Shown: piece by piece, positions 27,185 through 36,909 of the stretch
How the letters are laid out: every line of letters begins with the position of its first letter
Position numbering within the stretch: the stretch's first letter is position 1
Sequence record: MT446394.1
Source of the DNA: Escherichia virus TH20
DNA length: 40,001 nucleotides
Reading direction: 5' to 3' (one strand)
Notes under the pieces: generated by a model
The model's database searches: none
Told to the model about the DNA's origin: nothing
What the model saw: only the letters and a program-made list of their open reading frames with translations
Position numbers and translations under genes: made by a program

Positions 27185-28051
27185 TTACATGGATGGTGTC
27201 CACAGGATGACCTCCTTTGACTTAGGGTCATAGTCAGAGGCTCGACAAATACGAGCGACCTGAGCTTGGACCAGAAGTTCCTCCTCGGTCATCCCAGCTT
27301 TAGCAGCCAGAGTCACCATGCAGTCCCACAGCGTCATGTCTTCACGCTTTGGATACTTCTTCCACTCAGTCTTAATCTGGCCTTTGTTCTTACCAGTCTT
27401 AAGCTCACGGCTCTCCTGCACGAAGTAGTACGGCTCGTCAAGGAACGCACGAGTGGTGTCCTCACCCATCCCCGGAATGCCACCGTAGCCATCTGTAGTG
27501 TCACCCTTGATGGTTTGCTCCATGTGCCAGTAGTCTGCCTCAGCAGTCGTATGACTCAGGATTTCACCAGTGGTTAACCAGAAGAACTCACAGTTCGGGA
27601 TGGTCTTGAAGTCCTTATCGCAGGATACCAGAACCGCATGATCACAGCCGACAATCTGAGGTCGGGTCCCGATGATGCCCATACAGTCATCACCTTCAAG
27701 CATAGGACGCAGGAAGCTGTTGAACCGTGGGTCAGCCATCACTTCGGCTACGAACTTCTTGTATCCTACAGGCTTGCGAGAACCTTTACGGTTGGCCTTA
27801 TAGGTAGGTAATATTGACTTGCGCCAGTTCACGTCATCGGTGAAGCACATCACAATCTTAGCGTCTTTCCACGCCTTTCGCTTCTTAATGATTTCAGCGA
27901 TGGTGTTCTCAAGGATACGACGCGCCTTGGCGTGGTCACAAATCAGAGTATAAATATCATCGCCCCAATCGGTCTCATCCTCAGCCGCAGCCATAGATGA
28001 AAACACTAAGTAGTCACCATCTAACACAAGAGCTACTTTCTTTTCGCTCAT
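27185..28051 (-). CDS. 5'-3' exonuclease (T7 gp6-like), 288 aa
   Basis: HAKAR.ILE, KANRK, PMLEGDD, SCDKDFKTIPNC, WDC...AKAGMTEE match T7 gp6; real start ATG 28051 (GGAGG upstream); track start 28105 is GTG. Confidence 0.9.
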   Translation of the reverse strand: MSEKKVALVLDGDYLVFSSMAAAEDETDWGDDIYTLICDHAKARRILENTIAEIIKKRKAWKDAKIVMCFTDDVNWRKSILPTYKANRKGSRKPVGYKKFVAEVMADPRFNSFLRPMLEGDDCMGIIGTRPQIVGCDHAVLVSCDKDFKTIPNCEFFWLTTGEILSHTTAEADYWHMEQTIKGDTTDGYGGIPGMGEDTTRAFLDEPYYFVQESRELKTGKNKGQIKTEWKKYPKREDMTLWDCMVTLAAKAGMTEEELLVQAQVARICRASDYDPKSKEVILWTPSM

Positions 28052-28257
28052 AGACAGCCTCCGTGTTGGTTCAGGAACTTGGTGCCAGCAGCGGTAATCT
28101 CCCACGCACCGTTGTTACGCCCGTCCATAGACAAGCAGCTAAGATGTCCACGACTCGCAGCCTCAGCCACAAGTGCAGCGTTGTTGCGCACATAGTTGGA
28201 CTGGAAGGTCTTCGGGCAGGACTTAAGGGCCGCAAGGACCCGTAAGTATTCACTCAT
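28048..28257 (-). CDS. T7 gp5.7-like protein, 69 aa
   Basis: LKSCPKTFQSNYVRNNAALVAEAASRGH...GAWEITA matches remembered T7 gp5.7 nearly residue for residue. Confidence 0.8.
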   Translation of the reverse strand: MSEYLRVLAALKSCPKTFQSNYVRNNAALVAEAASRGHLSCLSMDGRNNGAWEITAAGTKFLNQHGGCL

Positions 28258-28538
28258 TGCTTGACCTCGAATCGCAGGTTGGATACTCCGAACTTGCCAT
28301 CATCAAAGGCGTCTACCAGCTCCTCCTTGATGACCTTCTTGGCGGCAATCTCAAGGGCAGACTCAGGGCCTGACTCGATTGCTGCTTTGACCAGAGCCAA
28401 CTGAAGTCCATCCAGCTTCTCACCCTCAGCGTAGGCTTTAGTCATCTCAGCCAGTTGGCGACACATGGTCTCTTCTTCTTTTGAGTTGACAACCATCTTC
28501 AGGTCGAAACTTACACGAATACGTTTAGTAATAGCCAT
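28254..28538 (-). CDS. T7 gp5.5-like protein, 94 aa
   Basis: Position and remembered gp5.5-like pattern (MA.TKR..V.FD.KM, GEK.DG); ATG overlaps upstream stop. Confidence 0.65.
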   Translation of the reverse strand: MAITKRIRVSFDLKMVVNSKEEETMCRQLAEMTKAYAEGEKLDGLQLALVKAAIESGPESALEIAAKKVIKEELVDAFDDGKFGVSNLRFEVKQ

Positions 28539-28726
28539 TAGCTTTCTCCTTGGGATTCAATGTGATTGGTCTTTCCACACAGTCTGCACTGAGTTACTTT
28601 GGGCTTGCCATCCTGCGTGCAGTAGACAAGTACCCAATCTGGATGTTTGCACCGCGACTGATGTAGCTCTTCACGCCTGCGTGTTTCTTCAGCGAACTCT
28701 TCGTATGCGCTGTCATAATGACCCAT
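28538..28726 (-). CDS. Hypothetical small protein with Cys/His-rich zinc-ribbon-like motif, 62 aa
   Basis: SRCKHPDW...CTQDG...QCRLCGK; ATG 28726 with AAGGAG upstream, overlapping HNH stop. Confidence 0.45.
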   Translation of the reverse strand: MGHYDSAYEEFAEETRRREELHQSRCKHPDWVLVYCTQDGKPKVTQCRLCGKTNHIESQGES

Positions 28727-28992
28727 TAGTGACACTCCTTCTTAACAAGTTTGCGCTCGCGGTTCGTCTTAATGACGTGTTCGCGCTTTGGAATACACTG
28801 TAGGTGCTCTATGTTGCAGCACCCACGGTTCAAGCACAAATGGTCTATCTCATAGCCATCTGGTATAGGCCCACGCTTCTGCTTCCACACCCATCGGTGG
28901 AACATGAAGGCGAACTTGTTGCCCTTCCTGTAGCTTCCCATGGGTGTGGAAGCGTAGGGTCTGGGTTCGAGGGTCAATGACACTCTTTCCAC
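28726..28992 (-). CDS. HNH endonuclease, free-standing, after the DNA polymerase gene
   Basis: GYEIDHLCLNRGCCNIEHLQCIPKREH; start uncertain (GTG 28992 inside DNAP end, or ATG 28941). Confidence 0.7.
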   Translation of the reverse strand: MERVSLTLEPRPYASTPMGSYRKGNKFAFMFHRWVWKQKRGPIPDGYEIDHLCLNRGCCNIEHLQCIPKREHVIKTNRERKLVKKECH

Positions 28993-31145
28993 GTTGGTCC
29001 AATCTTACCCTCCGTATCAAGTTCACACTTGAAGTTATAGAAGCGTCCGACCTCACGCATCGCCTCTTGAGCAATACGGACGACATCTTCTGCTATCTCC
29101 TGAGTACGACACGCTATCTGCAATTCATCGTGAATCCAAGCCATTAGCGCAAAGTCTCCGTCCCATCCGTTACCGTAACCAGCCTCTTCAAGTTTCTTCT
29201 CAGTAAGTACCATCCAGTGCTTACAGACTACCGCACCATCACCCTGAAGTAATGCGTTCAGTGCTGAGTGTGGAGACCGTATGTGGATACGGCGACCGTC
29301 AAGTCCACGCAACCAACGGCGTTTCCACTTAACGATGTTCTCTCCGTCCACCCACTTAGAGTCTGATATTAACGTATTACTCACAGCTTCCCTGAGGTCC
29401 TTGATGGCTGGTGTGCCCTCAATGAATTTCTTCATGAGAGCTGAACCTTCCTTCTTACCACCGCCGACTATCAGTCCAATCTTAGCGGCCCCTGCACCAT
29501 ACAGGAACGCATAGATGAACGTCTTAGCGTTGTTACGGAAAGCATCATGGTCGTGGTTCGACTTATCGCGTGGGACGTTAGGTGCTAACCCAGCGTTTAC
29601 TGCGTTGGCCCAGTGGATGTCACCTTCGACCACAGTCTTCGCATATGCACCACCATCAAACGGAGCCGCTCGGTTCCCCAGACAACGAAGCTCAAGACCT
29701 GAGGCATCCACACCTACTTGAATCCAAGGGTCTGGCTTACCGTCCTTCTTGTTCCACGCTGCACCGAAAGCACCACGGCAAGTCTCACCATACGGAGCAC
29801 CGTTAGCAGGGACCTGAGCCATGTTTGGTGAACTATGAGTCGCACGTCCGGTTACTGCCCCGCATGGGTTGATTGAACCGTGCATACGTCCGTCTGGACC
29901 TACAAGTTTCAACCATGCGTTCTTACCTTCAGCAGCCTGCCCGATTCTCTTCTGGACTACCAGATACTCACGGACCAGCTCTACGCAAGCCTGAGCCTCT
30001 GCGTCTGGTAACTTAACGTGTTCTAACGTCTCGTCATCGACTACAGGTTTCCCAGTGTCAGTGAAGTCCACAGGCTCCCATCCACGCTCTATCAGGACTT
30101 TCGCTAAGTGGTCGCCGCTTCCCGGATTAAACTCAACGTAAGTGATGGGCGTGAATGGTGCCCCCTCCATCGTGTCTCGTGAGTCGAACTCGCAAGGCTC
30201 CAGACCTAAGCGTTGTGCTTTGTTCTTCGGTTTCTTAAAGATGCCACCGACCTTAGGATACACGACTCGCGGATACTTCGGAAGGTCCTTACCTGTCCGT
30301 GGATGCCTGAAGAACTCCTTGCCTCCCTTTGGTGCATACCAGCTACCGAAAGTCGAGCGCAGCTTGTCCAGCAACTCCGCACGTTTGACAGTGAGTTCAC
30401 GATATAAGCCTTCGACCATCTCGGTGTTCATCGGATAGCCGTTACGTTCCATCTTCGCACAGGTCCACGCAGCATCATGTTCCAGACGCAACGCATAAAT
30501 CTGTTCGAAAGCGAACTGTTCAGACTGGAAGTAATACTTGTCAGTCAGGAACTTCTTGAACAACGCCAGTGTGACCACAACGTCTTGAACGTTATAGTCC
30601 AGCATCTCCTGAGATGGGAACAACCATTCGTCCCCAGCCTTATATTCGATACCCTCGGCCTTGCACTTGGCAACGTAATCATGTTTGTACTCACCCTTCA
30701 TCTCACCGAGACGATAACCCCAAGCCTCAAGAGACTGACGTCCCATCATCTTAGGTGGCAGACGACCCGCTTTCACCGCGCCCATGTCTGAGAACTTAAT
30801 GTTTGGATACATCAAGCGGCCCAGCACCAAGGTATCAATCATCTTGTGTTTCGGGAAGTTAAAACGTTTCCCAAAGTACAGACGCTTCAGCTTGTCTATA
30901 GCCGGGACGTCATAGTTGATACCATTATGGAAGACAAGCATACCATCAGGTGATGCGGCAATCTCTTCCACCTTCTGCACATACTCTTTGAAGCCACCGA
31001 CGATACCGACCATCGGAGCTACCCCATACTTAAGGGTCTCATTCGACTCGGCATTAATCAGGACCCCACAGTGAAACTGGGACACGGTGTCAAGGAGACC
31101 GTTGGTCTCGATGTCCGAACCCCAAATATCCTTAAGGTCAAACAT
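28974..31145 (-). CDS. DNA polymerase (T7 gp5-like), 723 aa
   Basis: Co-linear with T7 gp5 end to end; real start ATG 31145 (GGAGGA 6 nt upstream); track start 31181 is GTG inside the stem-loop. Confidence 0.97.
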   Translation of the reverse strand: MFDLKDIWGSDIETNGLLDTVSQFHCGVLINAESNETLKYGVAPMVGIVGGFKEYVQKVEEIAASPDGMLVFHNGINYDVPAIDKLKRLYFGKRFNFPKHKMIDTLVLGRLMYPNIKFSDMGAVKAGRLPPKMMGRQSLEAWGYRLGEMKGEYKHDYVAKCKAEGIEYKAGDEWLFPSQEMLDYNVQDVVVTLALFKKFLTDKYYFQSEQFAFEQIYALRLEHDAAWTCAKMERNGYPMNTEMVEGLYRELTVKRAELLDKLRSTFGSWYAPKGGKEFFRHPRTGKDLPKYPRVVYPKVGGIFKKPKNKAQRLGLEPCEFDSRDTMEGAPFTPITYVEFNPGSGDHLAKVLIERGWEPVDFTDTGKPVVDDETLEHVKLPDAEAQACVELVREYLVVQKRIGQAAEGKNAWLKLVGPDGRMHGSINPCGAVTGRATHSSPNMAQVPANGAPYGETCRGAFGAAWNKKDGKPDPWIQVGVDASGLELRCLGNRAAPFDGGAYAKTVVEGDIHWANAVNAGLAPNVPRDKSNHDHDAFRNNAKTFIYAFLYGAGAAKIGLIVGGGKKEGSALMKKFIEGTPAIKDLREAVSNTLISDSKWVDGENIVKWKRRWLRGLDGRRIHIRSPHSALNALLQGDGAVVCKHWMVLTEKKLEEAGYGNGWDGDFALMAWIHDELQIACRTQEIAEDVVRIAQEAMREVGRFYNFKCELDTEGKIGPTWKECH

Positions 31146-31160
31146 GGTTAATCCTCCGTT

Positions 31161-31205
31161 TAGTCTAATCATAAAGGCCACTCGATGTGAATGACCTTGA
31201 GTCTA
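31161..31205 (-). promoter_or_regulatory. Conserved stem-loop, candidate RNase III site upstream of DNA polymerase gene
   Basis: Second copy of AATCATAAAGGCCAC...ATGACCTTGAGTCTA. Confidence 0.4.
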
Positions 31206-31208
31206 GAC

Positions 31209-33088
<1,880 letters not shown>

Positions 33089-33136
33089 TCACTCCTTAAT
33101 CACAAATGCGAACAAAGGGACAGGACTCGCGGGTCC

Positions 33137-33159
33137 CATCCCTAAGGTGATAGTTTAGG
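33137..33159 (-). promoter_or_regulatory. Phage-promoter-like site with altered melting region (CACCTTAGGG instead of CACTATAGGG) upstream of primase-helicase gene
   Basis: Upstream half CCTAAACTATCAC is consensus; -4/-3 changed; function uncertain. Confidence 0.35.
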
Positions 33160-33370
33160 CTTTGAAGAACTGAGACAACTGGTCAGCTTTGGTGTCAGCC
33201 TGACGTGCCTTCATGCCAGCTTCCAGTGACGCGATGGTCAGCTTGTCAGCCAGAGCAGCAGCATCAGCCGCACCGTCAGCAGTCTTCTCTGCTACCTTTC
33301 GTTCCATAACCGCAGCACGACGATAACCACGCACCACCAGACGACCAAGAAATTCGATAAGTTTAATCAT
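33155..33370 (-). CDS. Hypothetical small Ala-rich protein, 71 aa
   Basis: ATG 33370 with AAGGAGA upstream; pattern MxKLIxxLGxLxVRxY...QLSxFF resembles a small T7 protein I cannot place reliably. Confidence 0.5.
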   Translation of the reverse strand: MIKLIEFLGRLVVRGYRRAAVMERKVAEKTADGAADAAALADKLTIASLEAGMKARQADTKADQLSQFFKA

Positions 33371-33393
33371 TTAGTGTTCTCCTTTAGAGTTTA

Positions 33394-33852
33394 TTAACCG
33401 CGGTCGGAAGTGACTAGTCCGTTGGTAGACAGCCAGCGCTGTAAGTCGAAACTTGGACACGCCTTTGGTGCTACGTCATGATGTGCTTTGATTTCTGCCT
33501 GAGGATACAGGACCTTCAGGTCAGCCAGCTTGTTGCGCAGGGAGTTCATCTGGGCTGGAGTGAAGTTAGCTTCAAACTTGCCCTTAGCGTCAATTCCACC
33601 TACAAGGCAGACGCCTACGGACCAGGAGTTCCAATCCTTAACGTGTGACCCTACGACATTGACCGGGCGACCCTCTTCCACAGTACCATCGCGCTTGATG
33701 ATAAAGTGGTAGCCTACGTCCAGCCATCCTTGCTGCTTGTGCCACATGCGGATGGTCTCTACCCCAATGTCCATCTCTGGCTTGGTAGCCGAACAGTGAA
33801 CGAAGATAGCGTCAGTTCGGGACCGTGGTTTGAACTGAACCTTACTTACCAT
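33394..33852 (-). CDS. N-acetylmuramoyl-L-alanine amidase / T7 lysozyme (gp3.5-like), 152 aa
   Basis: TDAIFVHCSATKP, HKQQGWLDVGYHFIIKRDGTVE, HHDVAPKACPSFDL, LVTSDRG match T7 gp3.5. Confidence 0.95.
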   Translation of the reverse strand: MVSKVQFKPRSRTDAIFVHCSATKPEMDIGVETIRMWHKQQGWLDVGYHFIIKRDGTVEEGRPVNVVGSHVKDWNSWSVGVCLVGGIDAKGKFEANFTPAQMNSLRNKLADLKVLYPQAEIKAHHDVAPKACPSFDLQRWLSTNGLVTSDRG

Positions 33853-34151
33853 TGTACACCACCAGCTCTACTACGACCAGATTCAGATGTGACAGGAGGG
33901 ACGCTTGATGCTGGCAGGACTTGAGGTTTATCCTCTACAATTTCCTCAAGATATTCATTTAAAACCCATGCTCCCCACATTCCGTCAGGCTGCGTGTTAG
34001 GACCCGCGCTACCGTGCTTGTAGTAGCCACGCTCGGAGGATTCTACCAGAGTAATGCCAAGCCGGGTTGATGGGTCTTTCACACATTTCGTAACGATAGT
34101 ACTTTTAGGCCACCCGTGGCGGCTAACTTTAAGTTTATATTTCTGAGTCAT
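33846..34151 (-). CDS. Hypothetical protein, 101 aa, inserted between endonuclease I and lysozyme genes
   Basis: ATG 34151 overlaps endonuclease I stop (ATGA), AAGGAG upstream; no T7 counterpart recalled; C-terminal half low complexity. Confidence 0.5.
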   Translation of the reverse strand: MTQKYKLKVSRHGWPKSTIVTKCVKDPSTRLGITLVESSERGYYKHGSAGPNTQPDGMWGAWVLNEYLEEIVEDKPQVLPASSVPPVTSESGRSRAGGVQW

Positions 34152-34603
34152 CACTTAACTCCTTTCTTCTTTGGAATGAGTATACCCGAAGGCAGACGTA
34201 CAGTCGCCTCTCGAAGCCACTCAACCGGGATGAACTTATCGGCATACTTATAGCCGTTCTTTTCGCACCATGCGCCATACGTGGTCGGAGACCCTTTGTA
34301 TAGCTTGGAGCGGGAACTTGAGAACACGAACCGGATGTCTAACTCTGGGTGCTGTTCTCGTACCAGAAGATGCTTCTTACGGTCATCACTATCGAAGATA
34401 CCTTTGGTCTCCACGATGATACCGTTAGGAAGGATAAAGTCCGGCGTGTAGAAGTGGTCCGAAGCAGGAACAACGTACCCAATCTTATATGCTTCATACT
34501 CTGCCTTGACTCCGTTCTTCTCGAGCCACTCTTGGTTCTTTGCTTCCAGTCCAGAGCGGTAAGTCCCGACTGCGTGTCCTCGTGATGCTGACCACTTAGC
34601 CAT
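34151..34603 (-). CDS. Endonuclease I, Holliday junction resolvase (T7 gp3-like), 150 aa
   Basis: FRSGLE, YTPDFxLPNGIxVETKG, SDDRKKHLLxREQHPELDIRxVFSSSRxKLYKGSPT match T7 gp3; real start ATG 34603 (GGAG upstream); track start is TTG. Confidence 0.9.
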   Translation of the reverse strand: MAKWSASRGHAVGTYRSGLEAKNQEWLEKNGVKAEYEAYKIGYVVPASDHFYTPDFILPNGIIVETKGIFDSDDRKKHLLVREQHPELDIRFVFSSSRSKLYKGSPTTYGAWCEKNGYKYADKFIPVEWLREATVRLPSGILIPKKKGVK

Positions 34604-35036
34604 GTTTGATTCTCCATATAATTGCTTGCGGAGTAACACCAAACATCTTGGCTAAATCTACAGGCTTCATATCAGACTTCAGGATAAACTCTACGTCTTC
34701 CTCGGTCAGCTTAGTCTTCTGGTTAGCTTCTCCTTTGAACACTGGCGGTTTCGAATGACGACCCCGCTTCACGCAATCCTGCATGTTGTCTGTCTGAGTC
34801 CCGACTTCAAGATGTTCCGGGTTACAGCAGCAAGGGTTGTCACATTTATGGCGAACTAGGAGGCCATCAGGTATTGGACCACAGTGCTCTCTATAAGAGA
34901 CTCTATGCGCGTAGTCCTGTTTCTGGTTGCCTATGGATATTCTACCATAACCTTGTTTGTACCGGGAGCGTTGCCACTCCCAGCAGCCAGAAGGAGAAAC
35001 TATAGAGTAAGCCTCCAGTTTCTCTTTCAGTGTCAT
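34596..35036 (-). CDS. HNH homing-endonuclease-like protein, free-standing, between SSB and endonuclease I genes
   Basis: HRVSYREHCGPIPDGLLVRHKCDNPCCCNPEHLEVGTQTDN; ATG overlaps SSB stop (TAATG). Confidence 0.8.
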   Translation of the reverse strand: MTLKEKLEAYSIVSPSGCWEWQRSRYKQGYGRISIGNQKQDYAHRVSYREHCGPIPDGLLVRHKCDNPCCCNPEHLEVGTQTDNMQDCVKRGRHSKPPVFKGEANQKTKLTEEDVEFILKSDMKPVDLAKMFGVTPQAIIWRIKHG

Positions 35037-35734
35037 TAGAAGTTGTAGTCACCGGCGTTGTTCTGACCATCGTCCTGACCATCATCGTCAGACCCGAAGT
35101 CATCACCGCCGAAGTCACCATCGGTTGACGCTTTGTAGCCAGTACCGAGGTCTTCATCATCACCCCAGCCACCATCGCCACCAGCACCATCACCTTTCCA
35201 CTCCTTCAGCTCTACCAGAAGGCAGGACTCAAGCTGGAGCTTAACGCTTGCACCAGTCGCAGCGTTCCACTTAAACGGCAGGACTTTAAACTTGACCTTC
35301 AGCTTAGACCCAGCGCCAATATTCGGGACGTCACGGATGAGTTTAGCATCAGTGTCGTAGAACCGTAATACGATAGGCTCGGACTTGCCGTCTTTCAGGT
35401 AAGACGCAAAGCATTTAAACTTAAGGGTAACAGTACCGTCACCATTCTCAATCCACGGCATATCGCCTTCACGCGGCTCGATAGGCTTCTTGCCACGCTG
35501 AACCTGAGGTGGGTTCTTCTCGTGGTCTGCGAGTGCTTTCGCATACGCATCGTCGTGAATCTTCTGTAAGACATCAATCATCTTACGGACCTTCGGGTCA
35601 TCCAGACTGAAAGTCAGGTTAACCTTATGCTCACCACGCTCATTAAACTTGGTGTCTGCTTTGTTCAGCCATGCATAAGGCTCAACGATACCAGCTACCG
35701 GAGTGGTGAAAGTCTTCAGTTGCTCTTTAGCCAT
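35036..35734 (-). CDS. Single-stranded DNA-binding protein (T7 gp2.5-like), 232 aa
   Basis: PPxVxRGKKPxxPxEGDMP, NGDGT.T.KFKC.AS, GASVKLQLES..LVEL and acidic tail ending in F match T7 gp2.5. Confidence 0.9.
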   Translation of the reverse strand: MAKEQLKTFTTPVAGIVEPYAWLNKADTKFNERGEHKVNLTFSLDDPKVRKMIDVLQKIHDDAYAKALADHEKNPPQVQRGKKPIEPREGDMPWIENGDGTVTLKFKCFASYLKDGKSEPIVLRFYDTDAKLIRDVPNIGAGSKLKVKFKVLPFKWNAATGASVKLQLESCLLVELKEWKGDGAGGDGGWGDDEDLGTGYKASTDGDFGGDDFGSDDDGQDDGQNNAGDYNF

Positions 35735-35773
35735 CGGTGTAAATCTCCTAATTTAAAGTTACGAACTGGACGT

Positions 35774-35796
35774 CTGTCCTACAGTGATAGTTTAGG
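35774..35796 (-). promoter_or_regulatory. Phage-promoter-like site with CACTGTAGGA core (phi2.5 position)
   Basis: Upstream half consensus; -3 A to G; overlaps stop of gp2-like gene. Confidence 0.5.
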
Positions 35797-35950
35797 TCTC
35801 AGGACGAATCCGTCCGACCACAAACCCAGCGTCCTCATACTCTTGGGACTTCAGGGTAGCCTCTTCAAGAGACTTTGCGTACACCGGAACATCGAAGGAC
35901 TGAATGCGCCCCTCAAGCTCCACGATGTATTTCTTCTCAACCTCAGTCAT
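35792..35950 (-). CDS. Host RNA polymerase inhibitor (T7 Gp2-like), 52 aa
   Basis: Hand translation; [14 protein letters not shown]...[13 protein letters not shown] parallels T7 Gp2 SFEVPIYAETLDEA...YVPAGFEVTRVRP; AAGGAG upstream; below track cutoff. Confidence 0.75.
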   Translation of the reverse strand: MTEVEKKYIVELEGRIQSFDVPVYAKSLEEATLKSQEYEDAGFVVGRIRPET

Positions 35951-36028
35951 AGACCGCGCTCCTTCCATTGGTTGTATAACGTAATGTAGTCCGGGTTGAG
36001 AGTCTTCTCATACATCTCCCGGCACCAC

Positions 36029-36367
36029 TCACTCGGCAGCATAGCACTTACCTTTATGCAAGTCGAACAGCTTCTGATAGAAGGATGCTTTGTTCAGGTC
36101 CTTCTCCATAGTAGCCAGTTCGGACTTCTTACCAGCCCGGAGTCGATACTTCAGGACGTTGCCAAGGCAGAACCCACGGAACTCACTCACAGTCATTGAC
36201 CGTGCAATAATCTCAATGGATTCCACGCTATCAAAGACCTGATAGTGGGACGGCTTGCGGACGTCATCAATTTCTTGTAGTTTGTTACCTACAAGTTTAC
36301 CAACGTGCGGGAATCGGTCGTCACCATTACATGCTTCACAGTATGTGGTGCTATCACAGTATGTCAT
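36029..36367 (-). CDS. DUF3310-type protein, possibly T7 gp1.7-like nucleotide kinase family, 112 aa
   Basis: PSHYQ...SIEII...F.LGNVLKYRLRAGKK...EKDLNKA.FY pattern; N-terminal Cys cluster; family assignment from memory. Confidence 0.45.
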   Translation of the reverse strand: MTYCDSTTYCEACNGDDRFPHVGKLVGNKLQEIDDVRKPSHYQVFDSVESIEIIARSMTVSEFRGFCLGNVLKYRLRAGKKSELATMEKDLNKASFYQKLFDLHKGKCYAAE

Positions 36368-36621
36368 CAGAGCGCCTCCTTAATTACCAGAAGTGCCAGC
36401 TTAATGCGAGGCCATTTTGTAATGACCACAGGCACATCAACTTGTTCTTTATCCATAGCCTTCAGCATAGACTTGCGGGTGACTAGCGCATGAACTGCTG
36501 GAGACAGAGCCACTGTCTTACCAAAGCGGGGTAATGGTTGATTAGCTTTATGGAAGCTGAATGGGCTATGCGACAGGTGGAAGCTTCGAGTAAATCGGTT
36601 GAACATTAAGTTTTTAGACAT
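36367..36621 (-). CDS. Hypothetical protein (gene 1.6 region), 84 aa
   Basis: ATG 36621 with AAGGAGA upstream, first ORF after a phage promoter. Confidence 0.45.
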   Translation of the reverse strand: MSKNLMFNRFTRSFHLSHSPFSFHKANQPLPRFGKTVALSPAVHALVTRKSMLKAMDKEQVDVPVVITKWPRIKLALLVIKEAL

Positions 36622-36647
36622 AAGGTTTCTCCTTTGGTCGGTTAGGG

Positions 36648-36670
36648 TTGTCCTATAGTGATAGCTTAGG
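36648..36670 (-). promoter_or_regulatory. Phage-RNAP promoter (phi1.5/1.6 position): CCTAAGCTATCACTATAGGACAA
   Basis: One mismatch upstream of core; +1 G at 36653. Confidence 0.6.
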
Positions 36671-36729
36671 GTCTAGCTGGTGGCCCAGACGCAAAGAAAC
36701 CCAGCAGTCCTAAGACCACTGGGTTGACG

Positions 36730-36909
36730 TTAACGCATCTTAAAGTTGTTCACCTTAGCAGCCTTACGGTAGCGATGACTCATGGTTGATATTGTCTCTT
36801 CATCGAAGTAGGGCTTGGCCCACTTCTTGAGTTTACGATACCACAGCTCGCCATTTACCACAGCGTAGAGTTGACCACTTGCTATGTTGATATAAAGTTG
36901 TGTACTCAT
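36730..36909 (-). CDS. Hypothetical small protein after ligase, 59 aa
   Basis: ATG 36909 overlaps ligase stop (ATGA); track start 36948 is GTG inside ligase. Confidence 0.4.
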   Translation of the reverse strand: MSTQLYINIASGQLYAVVNGELWYRKLKKWAKPYFDEETISTMSHRYRKAAKVNNFKMR

